A DNA stretch of 64,000 nucleotides from Octopus vulgaris (lineage: Eukaryota): NCBI GenBank assembly GCA_951406725.2, contig OX597830.1, positions 69,564,001-69,628,000 on the forward strand, given 5' to 3'. How positions within the stretch are numbered: the stretch's first letter is position 1; every line of letters starts with the position of its first letter. This document shows, piece after piece, positions 52,184 to 64,000 of the stretch. The notes under the pieces are model-generated. The model had not been told where the DNA came from, made no database searches, and saw nothing but the letters and a program-made list of their open reading frames with translations. The translations under genes and the position numbers were made by a program.

Positions 52184-53196
52184 GTGTATATATATATATA
52201 TATATATATTAGTTTCAATTTTCGGCACAGGCCTAGCTACTTCAGGAGATGGGCTAAGTTGATCACATCAACCCCAGTAATCAACTGTTACTTATTTTAT
52301 TCACCCTAACACAAGTCAGTGTTAAAAATTTTTCAAAGCCAACTTCAAATTTCATTTCAGACATCAAAATGATATTTGTTGTCTAAGCATTTTAAATTAC
52401 TGAGTAACAGTTAGTTTTGATAAATTTTTAATTTTACTCTTTTACTTGTTTCAGGCATTTGACTGCGGCCATGCTGGAGCACCACCTTTAGATGAGCAAA
52501 TCGACCCCAGGACTTATTCTTTGGAAGCCTAGTACTTATTCTATCATTTTCTTTTGCTGAACCACTTAGTTACGGGGACGTAAACACACCAGCATCAGTT
52601 GTCAAGCAATGTTGGGGGGACAGACACACAAACACACACACAAGTTTATATATATATATATATATATACGACGAGCTTTTTTCAGTTTCCATCTACCAAA
52701 TCCACTCACAAGGCTTTGGTTGTCCCAAGGTTATAGTAGAAGACACTTGCCCAAGGTGCCATGCAGTGGGAATGAACCTGGAACCATGTTTATATTTATA
52801 TATGTATGTGTGTTTGCGTTTGTGTCTCCGACCCCTTACTGCTTGACAGCCGGTGTTGGTGTGATTACATTCCAGTAGCTTAGCGATTTGGCAAAAGAGA
52901 CCTATAGAATAAGTACTAGGCTTAAAAAAAGTTAAGTCCTGGATTTGATTTGTTTAACTAAAAACCCTTCAAGTGGGTGCTCCAGCATGGCCACTGTCAA
53001 ATGACTGAAGCAAGTAAAAGAATAAGAAAATACTTACCTGTTGTAATCTGAATGGTAATTGGTTAAAGAATTGTTTGAATATTTAGCTATAATCTCTGAA
53101 AATTATTAGTGACAAATATTTATACTTCACAGTGTTTTTGTTCATAATTCTCTGTATTTATAATCAACCTTTTTTCTTTTTTTTCTATATTTGCAG

Positions 53197-53266
53197 ACCT
53201 GATAATGTTGCCTATTTAATTGGCAAGAAGATACAGGAATATTTTGCAGATTCATGTATATTTATG
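53197..53266 (+). CDS. EMC8: EMC8/9 coding exon 3
   Basis: tttgcag / gttagt boundaries, 70 nt, PDNVAYLIGKKIQEYFADSCIFM. Phase-compatible with exon 2. Confidence 0.9.
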
Positions 53267-53656
53267 GTTAGTATATCATTATATCACATTTTAAAAGGAT
53301 TCTGCCACCCCCTTGTCCCCACAATCAAATCAATAGTTTGCTTGGCCAACCTATTTATTTGATTTTTCTTGAGTATTCACTCCTAAATTCCTTGAGCCGC
53401 CGACAACCTTCGAATGTCTAAACAAGAAGTTGTAGAAATTACAGCCTTTCTTCTTGGAGGAAGCTACCCTGTATCATAAAAAAGTACAAGTTAAGAGAGT
53501 TCTAATGGGAGAAAGCTTCAATGACCAGTGGGTGGTCTTTGCTAAGCAGGTAACTGGCAGCAGATAACTCAACTGTTTCCAGCTGTTGTTAGCATTTTGA
53601 TTCTTGCCAAAAATATCACATTTAATTTCACTGAATCCTTCGACATAGCTGTTTAA

Positions 53657-53863
53657 CCCTTTCATTACCAACCCGGCCGATACCGCCTCTGGCTCTGTTG
53701 TACAAATGTCTTGTTTTCAAAAGTTTTGAATTAAAATCTTCCACCAAACCTTAGTCACAATTTATGTTACTGGCTCTAAGTTATTTTACTAAATTCTTTG
53801 TTTTACTTAAAATAATTGAAAGAAACACAGAGCATCTCAAAATAAATACAGTAATGAAAGGAG
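53657..53863. mobile_element. piggyBac-like MITE, second family
   Basis: TTAA flanks, TIRs ccctttcattac / gtaatgaaaggag. Inverted copy at about 8476-8698. Confidence 0.75.
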
Positions 53864-54061
53864 TTAAATTGTTCTATAAGTAATGAATTATTCCTCTTCT
53901 ATGGCACCTTTTCTCAGCTAGTAGAATGGGCTGTTGGAGATTTTTACTAATCTCGATCATGACCAAAACATGAACAATAGCTTCCTTAGTCACACAATTA
54001 TCCACACTTTCCTATAAACAATAGCCTTTCAGGCAAAGCCACCAAATTCCCTGTTTATTTT

Positions 54062-54873
54062 ATACTAGCAGTATTGTCCGGCTCGTGCGTTCTATGCACG
54101 CGCGAATTAAGCTAAACTTGGATGAAGTTCAATCAAAATTCAATTATTTTGGTTTTAAAATCAAGCATTTAATGCCCTCTATTTTTGCACTTATGTGTTC
54201 CATTTCCTCAGTAGGAAGTATGTAGAAGCATTTCATAAATTTTTGTTGATCAAATAATTGCATTGTTGAATTATTCTTTTAGATCAGTATTTCTCAACAG
54301 GGATTTCAGGGGAGAGTTTCAGGGAGTCGCTGGCGATGTATCGTGATGATCTAAAATCCGGCCTGCCAAAATTTGGTTAAAATGATTCAAACTGCAGACT
54401 CAACGCAAAATGGTCACATTTAATTCAAAGCGTTAAAAATGTTATGAAAACAATTGGTATGTGTTCACAAAGTCCAAACGATTAATACGAAAAAACCCTC
54501 CAGGCTACATCCCAAAGATTCATTTCTTTGCCGAATTTCTACAATGTTTATGGCGATTCGTTTTTATATCTTGATTTTTTATTTTTCATGCAATTTATGC
54601 ATGCTTGCACGCGTGGTGAACACAGTTCATGTCAAACAGCTGACTGAGTAAAGTTCACTATTCAATGCATGGGATAAGGCCTAAACAAACACATTATCGA
54701 TTTTTGCACTTGCGAGATGAATTTCAGAACAGAAATAGCGCAGTTCAATTTTCATTCACCTAAACTTTAAGTGATCCATTTTCGGTGGTTCTATGATTTG
54801 TTGGCTAGGAGGAGATGTGTCGGGAAGTTAAACACACAGACACACACAAGTTGAGTTGTATATATATATAGAT
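54062..54873 (+). mobile_element. Non-autonomous helitron/helentron-like element
   Basis: tactagcagtat start with hairpin and acacagacacac...tatatatagat end, as at 22568-22972. Confidence 0.55.
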
Positions 54874-55044
54874 CTCTACCTCTTCCTCCTAGACACACTT
54901 TACCACTTTATGCTCAGGGCTGCTAAAGATCAACATGGTGAATTCATTTTGAAAATGCTTTGCTACCACATTGGACTCTTACCTTCACCAACTTTTGTAA
55001 CATTTGGACAATATTTAATGTTTAATTTGTGTTCTATTTCATAG

Positions 55045-55136
55045 GTGAATAATAACAAAGTATCACCTCAGTGTGTATCAGAAGCTTACAAAATTTATCT
55101 TTATAAAGACAACATGTGGAAAGAAGCTGACAAAAA
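55045..55136 (+). CDS. EMC8: EMC8/9 coding exon 4 (absent from the ORF track in this frame)
   Basis: tttcatag / gtaagt boundaries, 92 nt. VNNNKVSPQCVSEAYKIYLYKDNMWKEADK parallels human [25 protein letters not shown]. Confidence 0.88.
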
Positions 55137-57364
55137 GTAAGTGTTCCTTTCTGTTTCATCAAAGTTTGGAATCATCACTACATTTAAAATACACTACATG
55201 TAAAATATGTGCACATGAAGCTTGCTTCCCAACCACATGGTTTCAGGTTCAGTCCCTCTTCATGACACCTTGGGCAAGTGTCTGCTATCATAACCCTGGA
55301 CCCACCAACAAAACCTTGTGAGTAGATTTGACGGTAAATGAAAACTGAAAGAAGCCTGTTGTGTGTATGTGTGTAAGGGACCCCCTTTGGTCATGAATGA
55401 CCATGGGATTGCACCTAGAAAGTTCCCTTCCAAGCCACAAGTGCATGCAAGGTCGTTTATGGAAGACCAATAGTTGCCCATGCATACCAGCCTCCCATCT
55501 CCATGCCACTGATGTTATCCAAAGGCTGATACAGCTATCACCAGTGACATCGCAACTAATTTCTACAGTTGAGTGAACTGGAGCAACATTGAATAAAGTG
55601 TCTTGCCAAAAACACAACACACAACCCGGCCCAGGAATCGAACTCACTACCTCATGATTGTGAGCCTGATACTCTAACCACTGAGCCATGCCTCAGAAGT
55701 AAATGCACACTATTTTTGAAGGATTTGTTTCTGGAAACAAAATAATGTCATTTGATGCATTGAAGTACTTAATCTAATATTCGGTTGACCTACTTTGTGC
55801 ATAGTACATCAACATAGTTTGATGCACCAGGTAGTGTCCGCATAGATAAAGTAGTGTAATGAATGATATCTGTCTATTTTAGAGTTATCTATGTGTGTGT
55901 GTGTGTGTATAAATGTATACTCATGTACGTGTGTATTACTTTATTTGGAAGCAGATAAGTCTTGGCAACAGGAATGTCATCAAGCTGTAGAAAAATCTGC
56001 TTCAGCAAATTCTATCTGACCCATGCAAGTGTGGAAAGGTGGATGTTAAATGATGATGATGATGATGAGTACAAGTATAGAATGATATCTATTTTTCTAT
56101 GTCCAAATGCAATATCATGATCATTTGTGATGAGATTTCTCTATCAATGTATGATCAATCCTGTTTACTTTTTTTTACATAAAATCTACTTCCTAACATT
56201 AAGTTGGATCAGTGCATGTAGAATACAGTAACACAACAAAATAACTGCTGTGAATTTAATCTCGCATCCCTTGAGCTGTCAATTTAACCCTTCGGTATTC
56301 ACATTATTCTGTTGAAATTAATACTTATTTATTCACTTTGTTTTTAATTAATCATGCTTTATCTTGTAGTTTTAAGATTTTGATGAGATAACTGTTAATT
56401 TTTAGAATAATATTGTAGGGCTGGTGCGAGAAGGTAGATCTAGACAATTTGAACATAAAGCAAGTGGAATATTTTGGCCAGATGTGGCTGGTTTAAAATG
56501 CTAAAGGGTTAAAATATCTTTCTATGTATCCAGAATTATCATTTAATGTCCATATTCCATATTGGCATGGGTTGGACAGTTTGGCAGAATCTGACCTGAG
56601 AGTTTGACAGAATCTGAATGAAGGTGGCAAGCTGGCAGAAAGGTTAGCATGCCAGGCGAAATGCTTAGTGGTATTTTATCTGCCGTTACGTTCTGAGTTT
56701 AAATTCCGCCAAGGTCAACTTTGCCTTTCATCCTTTCGCGGTCGATAAATTATGTACCAGTTACGCACTGGGGTCGATGTAATCAACTTAATACCTTTGT
56801 CTGTCCTTGTTTAGCCCCTTGTGGACAATAAAGAAATAAGAATCTGACCTGTCTGAGGACTAAGTTAGCCCTCGTCTTTGCTTTGTGCTTTCTAAAGCTG
56901 AATACAAGAGAAAATAGGCGGAAGGAAATTTGGAGTCGGCAATTTCACACAAATGTGAGAAGAGACTTGACAGAGGGGTTGTGGTGAAATTTTCTCTGAT
57001 ACTATTTCCTTTTGCAAAAATTTGTTTTTCATGGCTGTAAAGTGGTTGGGGTTAAGAAGGGCATCCAGCCAAAAAGACCGTGACAAATCAGACTGGAGCC
57101 TGGTGCAGCTCTGACCAAATTGACCAACCCATGCCATCCTGGAAAAGGGATGTGAAAGGATGATAACGATAGTTGAGTGTTAAGAAGTTTGCTTCCCAAC
57201 CCCACGGCTCTGGGCTTAGTCCCACTGTGTGGCACCTTGGGCAAGTGTCTTCTACTGTAGCCCCAGGCTGGACAAAGCTTTGTGAGTGGCTTTGGTGCAT
57301 GAAACTGAAAGAAGTCCATTAAATGTTTGTGTGCATATTCTTGTCTCTTTGTCTTGACATTATA

Positions 57365-57597
57365 CATCATCATCATCATCGTTTAACGTCCGCTTTCCAT
57401 GCTAGCATGGGTTGGACGATTTTGAGTGAGGGCTGATGAACCAGATGGCTGCACCAGGCTCCAGTCTTGATTTGGCAGAGTTTCTACAGCTGGATGCCCT
57501 TCCTAACGCCAACCACTCCGAGAGTGTAGTGGGTGCTTTTACGTGCCACCGGCACGGGGGCCAGTCAGGCGGTACTGGCAACGACCTCGCTCGAATC
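57365..57597 (-). mobile_element. RTE 3' UTR copy
   Basis: Standard sequence with (cat)n tail. Confidence 0.8.
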
Positions 57598-58464
57598 CAG
57601 TACCGCCTGACTGGATTACACTAGCTGTAAATGAGTTTCAGTGTTGTAAAAGTGGTACCTGTCATTTCCAGTCACGTGAAAACATGTCCACTAAAGTGAA
57701 AATACCTTACTTGGAAACCAAGTGATGATTGGTGATAAGAAGGGCATCTGGCCATAGAAAATCTGTCTCAACAAATTGTCTGATCCATGGAAAACTGGAC
57801 TTGAAGGCAATGATGATATTGTGCTTTAAGTGCGTGATACATCTGGTTGTTATTTTTAGAAGATAAAGCAACCATGTGGAGGCTTTCTCTCATGTGGATT
57901 TCATTAGAGTCTTTGAAATTGTAATTAGCCATTAAAATTTTAGAGGCTCGTTTATATTAGCAGACAAAGTGTCTTGTATACTTGTTCTCACTGTTTAAGT
58001 TCTGAGTCCAAATCTCACTGAGGCCAACCTTGCTTTACATTGTTCTGGGGTTAATAAAATAAAACAATACAAGACAGTGGATTGGCAGAATTCTTTGAGC
58101 GTTGGATAAAATGATTTGCAGTATTTCTAACAGCTCTTTACATCCTGAGTACCCAAGCAGATATTGTGAACTTGTCCATACCTAGACAACAAGTTGATGT
58201 CTTGTAAAAAAAAGATATTCAGAGGCAAGATGAAACCAATTTTGTATTTTCGATGTCAGACACATAGCAACTGTTAAGGACAGCACCAGGGGTTGTTTGC
58301 CAATAGGAAATTCGGGTCATGGTACCCTTTCGATTTTCTACAAAGTTCCTTCATGTTTGCCAAGATGTTCAGTAACATCTCATGCAGCATTTTTTTTTTA
58401 ACGTCACCTTCATGTCTGTCGTCGTTATTAACACACTTCTAACTTTAGAATTGCTTTCTTGCAG

Positions 58465-58639
58465 ACAAACAGTTGAAGAAGAGACCCTTCTCACTGCATC
58501 CCAAGTACTGGAGACACCAGCAATATATCGCAAACTCATGGATTTTGATAACCACTTTGACGATATCAAAAATGATTGGCGAAATATAGAGCTAAATGAA
58601 ATATTAACTAACAAGGAAATTTTGAAGAATTATCTCTAG
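58465..58639 (+). CDS. EMC8: EMC8/9 last coding exon
   Basis: cttgcag acceptor and LMDFDNHFDDIKNDWRN signature, ending in TAG. The spliced CDS is 621 nt (206 aa). Confidence 0.93.
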
Positions 58640-59320
58640 TATTTTTTATTTTTTACAGTCAGTGAGGAAAGAACTAATGCTTGCATCTGTGTGATTACAT
58701 TATGAAAATGATATTGACAAAGTCTTACCAATTTTCAACTTTGGAATGAGTTCTTTCTGTTACATTATTTCAACCCCCAGCTCTCTCATTTTGTTATTTT
58801 ATCAGTCTTTAAAACAATCAGATGTTATTTCATCTCAACGCATTTTTATTTAATGTTTATTTTTTTCTTTACTATTTTTTTTCCACCAGAAACAAAAAAG
58901 GCAACATTTTACTTTAAAAAAAATTGAGAAAACGGATTATTCCTGTTTTATAATTTTTCCCAGTTCATTAACTAATTAATTATCTATCATGAATTCTAAT
59001 AATACAAATGGTATGGTTGTCTAAAATTAACGCCTGTGTTTTTATTTTATTTTCCTTTATTTTTTTTTTTTTAAATAATTCTCAAATGTTCCCAGTTTTA
59101 AGAGCAAGCTATTTAGAGCAGGAATGGTGACTTGAGATTTTAGTATTGCTGGCTAAATCAAAAGTCAACAAAAGAGGTGTCACTCTAGCCTTATATGAGT
59201 GTCTACTTAAAACCCTCCAAGATGAAACTTCTAAATTAACGAAAGAAAGAAAGAAAAAAAAAAAAACAATAATACCTCCTCACTTTGTACTGCTTCTTTA
59301 TACTTTGTTTTTGTTTTTTT

Positions 59321-59356
<36 letters not shown>

Positions 59357-60234
59357 TCATTTCATCAATGCAGTGTTTCTATATCTTTGATCTGTGATCT
59401 GTGAAAGTCTGCCATTCACAAGTTCATTTTTGTTTTCTGTCTTTTGTTCTTTTAGTTAATAAGTCCATCAAGATAACTCTAATATAAAAAGAAAAAAGAA
59501 GTTTTTTAATTACTCAGTGACTCTTGGTATACATTTTATATTTACAGCTATCAGGGTTTTTCCATAAAGTGGACCTAAATTCTTATTTAATATTAATGCT
59601 TTGTGTTTATATATACATACATATTATATATATATATATATATATCATTGCTGTTATTAATTTATTGTCACACCACACAGATAAGGAGAAACTTCATTCA
59701 CATTATTTTAAATACACAGCTGTACTTTCTACTATTCAGAATGAATAAATAAATTGATATAATAATCAAACATATGTAGATAGTTGTGGTATTGGTTGAT
59801 ATTTCCTTTGATTGCCAATAGTTTCAATAGAAATTATAACCAGCATAACGAGATACGGTGTCCCTACAGGTCATTAGTATTTACGTACCAGCTTCCAGGA
59901 ATGTGTTTGATATGTAAAATTGGTGTATATCCAATAACGTTACGCCACTGTATTTTGTGGCTATTTAAGCAATGCGTTCATAGATGATTAATAAATTGGA
60001 TGGGAGTTGATAAAGGAGCAAAAACTCCTGAAATATGACATGTTATGCCTGTTACCCATTTTTCATCTTCAATCTCATTGTTGTTTGTGTCTGGCATCTT
60101 GAACACAAAATTTCGTAATGAAATCGGTGCTGGCTATAATTTCTAAAGAAAATCTGTAAAGATAACCGTAACAAATGATGTGATAGCACTGCTAACACAG
60201 TATTGACTATGAAAAACATTTAATATACTCGATG

Positions 60235-60738
60235 ACGGGCACGAGCACCATACGAGCGTGATCGTTGACAGAGCGGCTAACCGGCTTCCGTGCCAGTGGC
60301 ACATAAAAGGCACTATTCGAGTGTGATCGTTTCCAGCTTCGCCTTACTGGCACCTGTGCCTCGAGTTAGTAGGGTGCTAAGAGCACCATCCGAACATGAT
60401 CGTTGCCAGAGCGGCTAACTGGCTTCCATGCTGGTGGCATGTAGGAGGCACCATTTGAGCGGGATCGTTACCAGCATCGCTTTACTGGCACCTGTGCCGT
60501 TGGCATGTGTAAAAAGATTCGAGCGAGGTCGTTGCCAGTACTGCCTGACTGGCCCCTGTGCCGGTGGCATGTAAAAGCACCCAGTACACTCTCGGAGTTG
60601 TTGGCATTAGGAAGGACATCCAGCTGTAGAAACTCTGCCACATTTTGACTGGAGCCTGGTGCAGCCATCTGGTTCGCCAGCCCTCAGTCATACCGTCCAA
60701 CCCTGCTAGCATGGAATGCCGTCGTTAAACGATGATGT
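60235..60738 (+). mobile_element. RTE 3' UTR copy, longer variant subfamily
   Basis: gagcgtgatcgttg units plus the standard 3' end. Confidence 0.75.
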
Positions 60739-60749
60739 AGTATAATAGG

Positions 60750-60991
60750 GTTGCATAAAATATGGTGTCCCTACCAGTTGCTTAAAATATGGTGTCCCTA
60801 CCAGTTGCTTAAAATATGGTGTCCCTACCAGTTGCATAAAATATGGTGTCCCTACCAGTTGCATAAAATATGGTGTCCCTACCAGTTGCTTAAAATATGG
60901 TGTCCCTACCAGTTGCATAAAATATGGTGTCCCTACCAGTTGCATAAAATATGGTGTCCCTACCAGTTGCTTAAAATATGGTGTCCCTACC
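60750..60991. repeat. 27-bp minisatellite, about 9 copies
   Basis: Unit gttgc(a/t)taaaatatggtgtccctacca. Confidence 0.95.
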
Positions 60992-61840
60992 ATGTCCTTG
61001 CATTCTAAACTGCGCACTTCTATTTTCACAAGACAGATCATTTGGCAATTTTAGTTTTACATTTTATATTGATCTTTAAAATTTATATTTGTTAAAAAGC
61101 GCACAGTTCCTTGTCAAGAATAATTTTTAAAAAGGTCATTTGTGTCATAGATTTATGTATAAGACAACAATGAAGGAAGAGAAGGCAAGAAAGAGAAAAG
61201 GATTAATGTTGAGTATGACAGGGAGTAAGAAGGGACAGAGGAGAAACCTTAAAGGAGCCCATCATATATGTGTGTTAGTGTCTCCTTAATTTGGTATCAC
61301 ATGATAATTGTGGATGAGTGTCACTGTCATCCAAACGGTGCCCTTCATTTACGGTGTTCCATGAAAACGTACCTGATCATGGAGAGATATTACCTGACTT
61401 GGAAACAGGTGAGAGTTGATGACAGGAAGGGCATCCACCTGTAGAAAATGCACCTCAGCAACTTCTGTTCAACTCATGTGTGCATGAAAAAGGGGATGTC
61501 AAAATGATAACGATAGGTCAACAATGTATGTATCCAAATTCATGGTAGACATTTGATGGATGTCAGGCCATTGTCATAGAAATATCCAGGCATACAAGTA
61601 GGAGAGTGTACAATTATAATATTGTAATCAATTATGATAAACAGTTTCATTGGTTCATGTGTTTAACCCTTCAGTATTTTAATTTACCATATCTGGCCCA
61701 AATATTTTGTGTTTTATGCTCCAGTTGACCACATCAGGTCTTTCACACCTACCCTACAATGTCGTTCTCAAAATAGTCATACCAAAATCTTGCAGCTATG
61801 AGATAATCCATGAATTAATTCAAAGCAATGTGAATAAATA

Positions 61841-62162
61841 GTCGAGCAAATCAACCCCAGGACTTAATCTTTGTAAGCCTAGTACTTATTCTATCAGTCT
61901 CTCTTGCCAAACCACTAAGTGACGGGGATGTAAACACACCAGCATCAGTTGTTAAGCAATGCTGGGGTCACAAACACACACACACAAACATATATATGAC
62001 GTGCTTCTTTCACTTTCCGTCTACCAAATCCACTCACAAGGCTTTGGTCGGCCCAAGGCTATAGTAGAAGACGCTTGCCCAAGGTTCCATGCAATGGGAA
62101 TGAACCCGGAACCATGTGGTTGGTAAGTAAGCTACTTACCACACAGCCACTCCTGCACCTAC
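61841..62162 (-). mobile_element. SINE family A
   Basis: Matches other copies. Confidence 0.8.
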
Positions 62163-64000
62163 TATTGAAGGAAGTGAAAGTATGTTCAAGGGATATGAAC
62201 AGGTGTCTTGCTAAGGAAGAGAATATGGGGCTTCCCTATTTGGAAAGAGAGAAAGTGGGATATGGTGACAGTACTTTTGTGGTACAAAGTGAATATAAGA
62301 GGAAATAGAAAAACAGGAAGGATGACTGATTTATTTGTGATGATAATGCACACACCAACACATCTTGCATCTTTTTTTTTATTTCTTTATTGCCCACAAG
62401 GGGCTAAACATAGAGGGGACAAACAAGGACAGACAAAGGGATTAAGTCGATTACATCTACCCCAGTGCATAACTGGTACTTAATTTATCGACCCCGAAAG
62501 GATGAAAGATAAAGTCGACCTCAGTGGAATTTGAACTCAGAACGTAACAGCAGGCGAAATACTGCTAAGCATTTCGCCCGGCATGCTAACGTTTCTGTCA
62601 GCTCGCTGCCATCTTTTTCTTGTTTCAGTTACTGGGGTGTGGCCATACTGGGGCACCACCTTGACAGGTTTAGTCGAACAAAACTACTTATTCTTTATTA
62701 AGCCTAATAACTCTGCTATTGGTCTCTTTTGCCAAACTACTAAATTACTGGATGTAAACAAACCAACATTGGTTTTTGAGCAGTGGTGGGACATGCATGC
62801 ACACAAACATAAACAATAGGCTTTTTTCAGTTTCCATCTGCCAAATCCACTCGCAAATCTCTGATCAACCCACAACTTGTGGAAGATACTTGCCTAGAAT
62901 CATGCGGTTGAAAAGCAAACTTCTTTCTAGCTAGACAGATTCTATACATTTGAAATTCATATAAAAATGCTCTTGCCTATAGTTTCTTCCATCTAACCTA
63001 ATACTCTACTTTTCAACACAACAATTAAAATAGCTTAAATAGATGTTAGCAGTTCCAGGTCTTATCAAGAAATATTTCATACCCTGACGTTTGAGGTTGT
63101 TTACTGGTGCCTGTGTCTACTTGAATAATGATAAGCAGCTTGTTAGATAGCTTGTTTATCTCAAGTACCTGCTGTTCTCCCGTGACAGCTTCATAAGGTT
63201 GTCTATTCTCCAATTGTCTTCAACTAGCTTCTTTACATGGTAGTAGACAGGTCAGTACAAGAATAATTTTGTTATATATTCTACTTTATATTTGTGTTTC
63301 TGTATTGGCAGATGATACAAAATAGAACTGGAGACAAATTGTAAATTTTATACAATGCAGAGGATATTGCTAAAAATCTTGATAGTATCCGGGTAGTGAA
63401 ACCAGTAACTAGATTAATTCAGTTGGCAGTGTGGACATCTTTAGACAAAGTCTGTAGATTGATATAGTGGTTAACATTAATCATGATAATAATAATGATT
63501 TGAAATTTTAGTTTAAGGCCAGCAATTTCAGTAGAAGGAGTAAATTGGTTACATCAACCCCAGTACTCAGCTGATATTTTATATTAACCCCAAAAGGATG
63601 AATGGTGGAGCTGACCTTGACAGAATTTGAACTCAGAATGTGAAGACAGGCAGATTGCCACTAAGCATTGTGCCCAGTGTGCTAATGAGTTATTTCTTTA
63701 TTGCCCACAAGGGGCTAAACATAGAGGAGACAGACAAAGGGATTAAATCGATTACATCGACCTCAGTGCGTAACTGGTATTTAATTTATTGACCCCGAAA
63801 GGATGAAAGGCAAAGTCAACCTCGGCGGAATTTGAACTCAGAACATAACGGCAGACAAAATACCACTAAGCATTTTGCCTGGCGTGCTAACGATTCTGCC
63901 AGCTCACTGCTCTAATTATGATCATCATAACCAGAGCATTCGGAGAACGCAAACCTCTGCCAAGGCAACACCAGCATCCTCTCAATGATTAGCAAGAGAT

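Noticed and set aside
60750-60991. CRISPR array or 9-aa repeat protein
   Set aside because: There are no spacers. The ORFs are by-products of a 27-bp unit.

Overview
AT-rich, intron-rich animal genomic DNA. The SINE, LINE and microsatellite landscape suggests an octopus or other coleoid cephalopod (inference). Two spliced genes lie head-to-head with about 480 bp between their start codons: TMEM42-like (minus strand, 3 coding exons, 37470-26419) and EMC8/9 (plus strand, 5 coding exons, 37948-58639, 206 aa). The rest is mostly repeats: a decayed Ty3/gypsy element, Tc1 and two mariner relics, RTE, Tx1/L1, CR1 and HERO-like LINE fragments, at least three SINE families, hAT-, piggyBac- and Merlin-like MITEs, helitron-like elements and long (TA)n tracts. 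Most ORF-track entries are repeat artefacts. Highlights: (1) five minus-strand type I hammerhead ribozyme motifs of the Penelope/retrozyme kind, in islands beside microsatellites; (2) a U6 snRNA-SINE chimeric retrocopy with a perfect 20-bp TSD at the EMC8 exon 2 donor; (3) an in-frame TAA at codon 5 of an otherwise intact TMEM42; (4) an RTE LINE with a PHD finger inside ORF2 and a hairpin array in its 3' UTR; (5) a SINE sharing its 3' tail with a Tx1 LINE; (6) a MITE carrying TTAGGG repeats. All calls were made by eye, without database searches.
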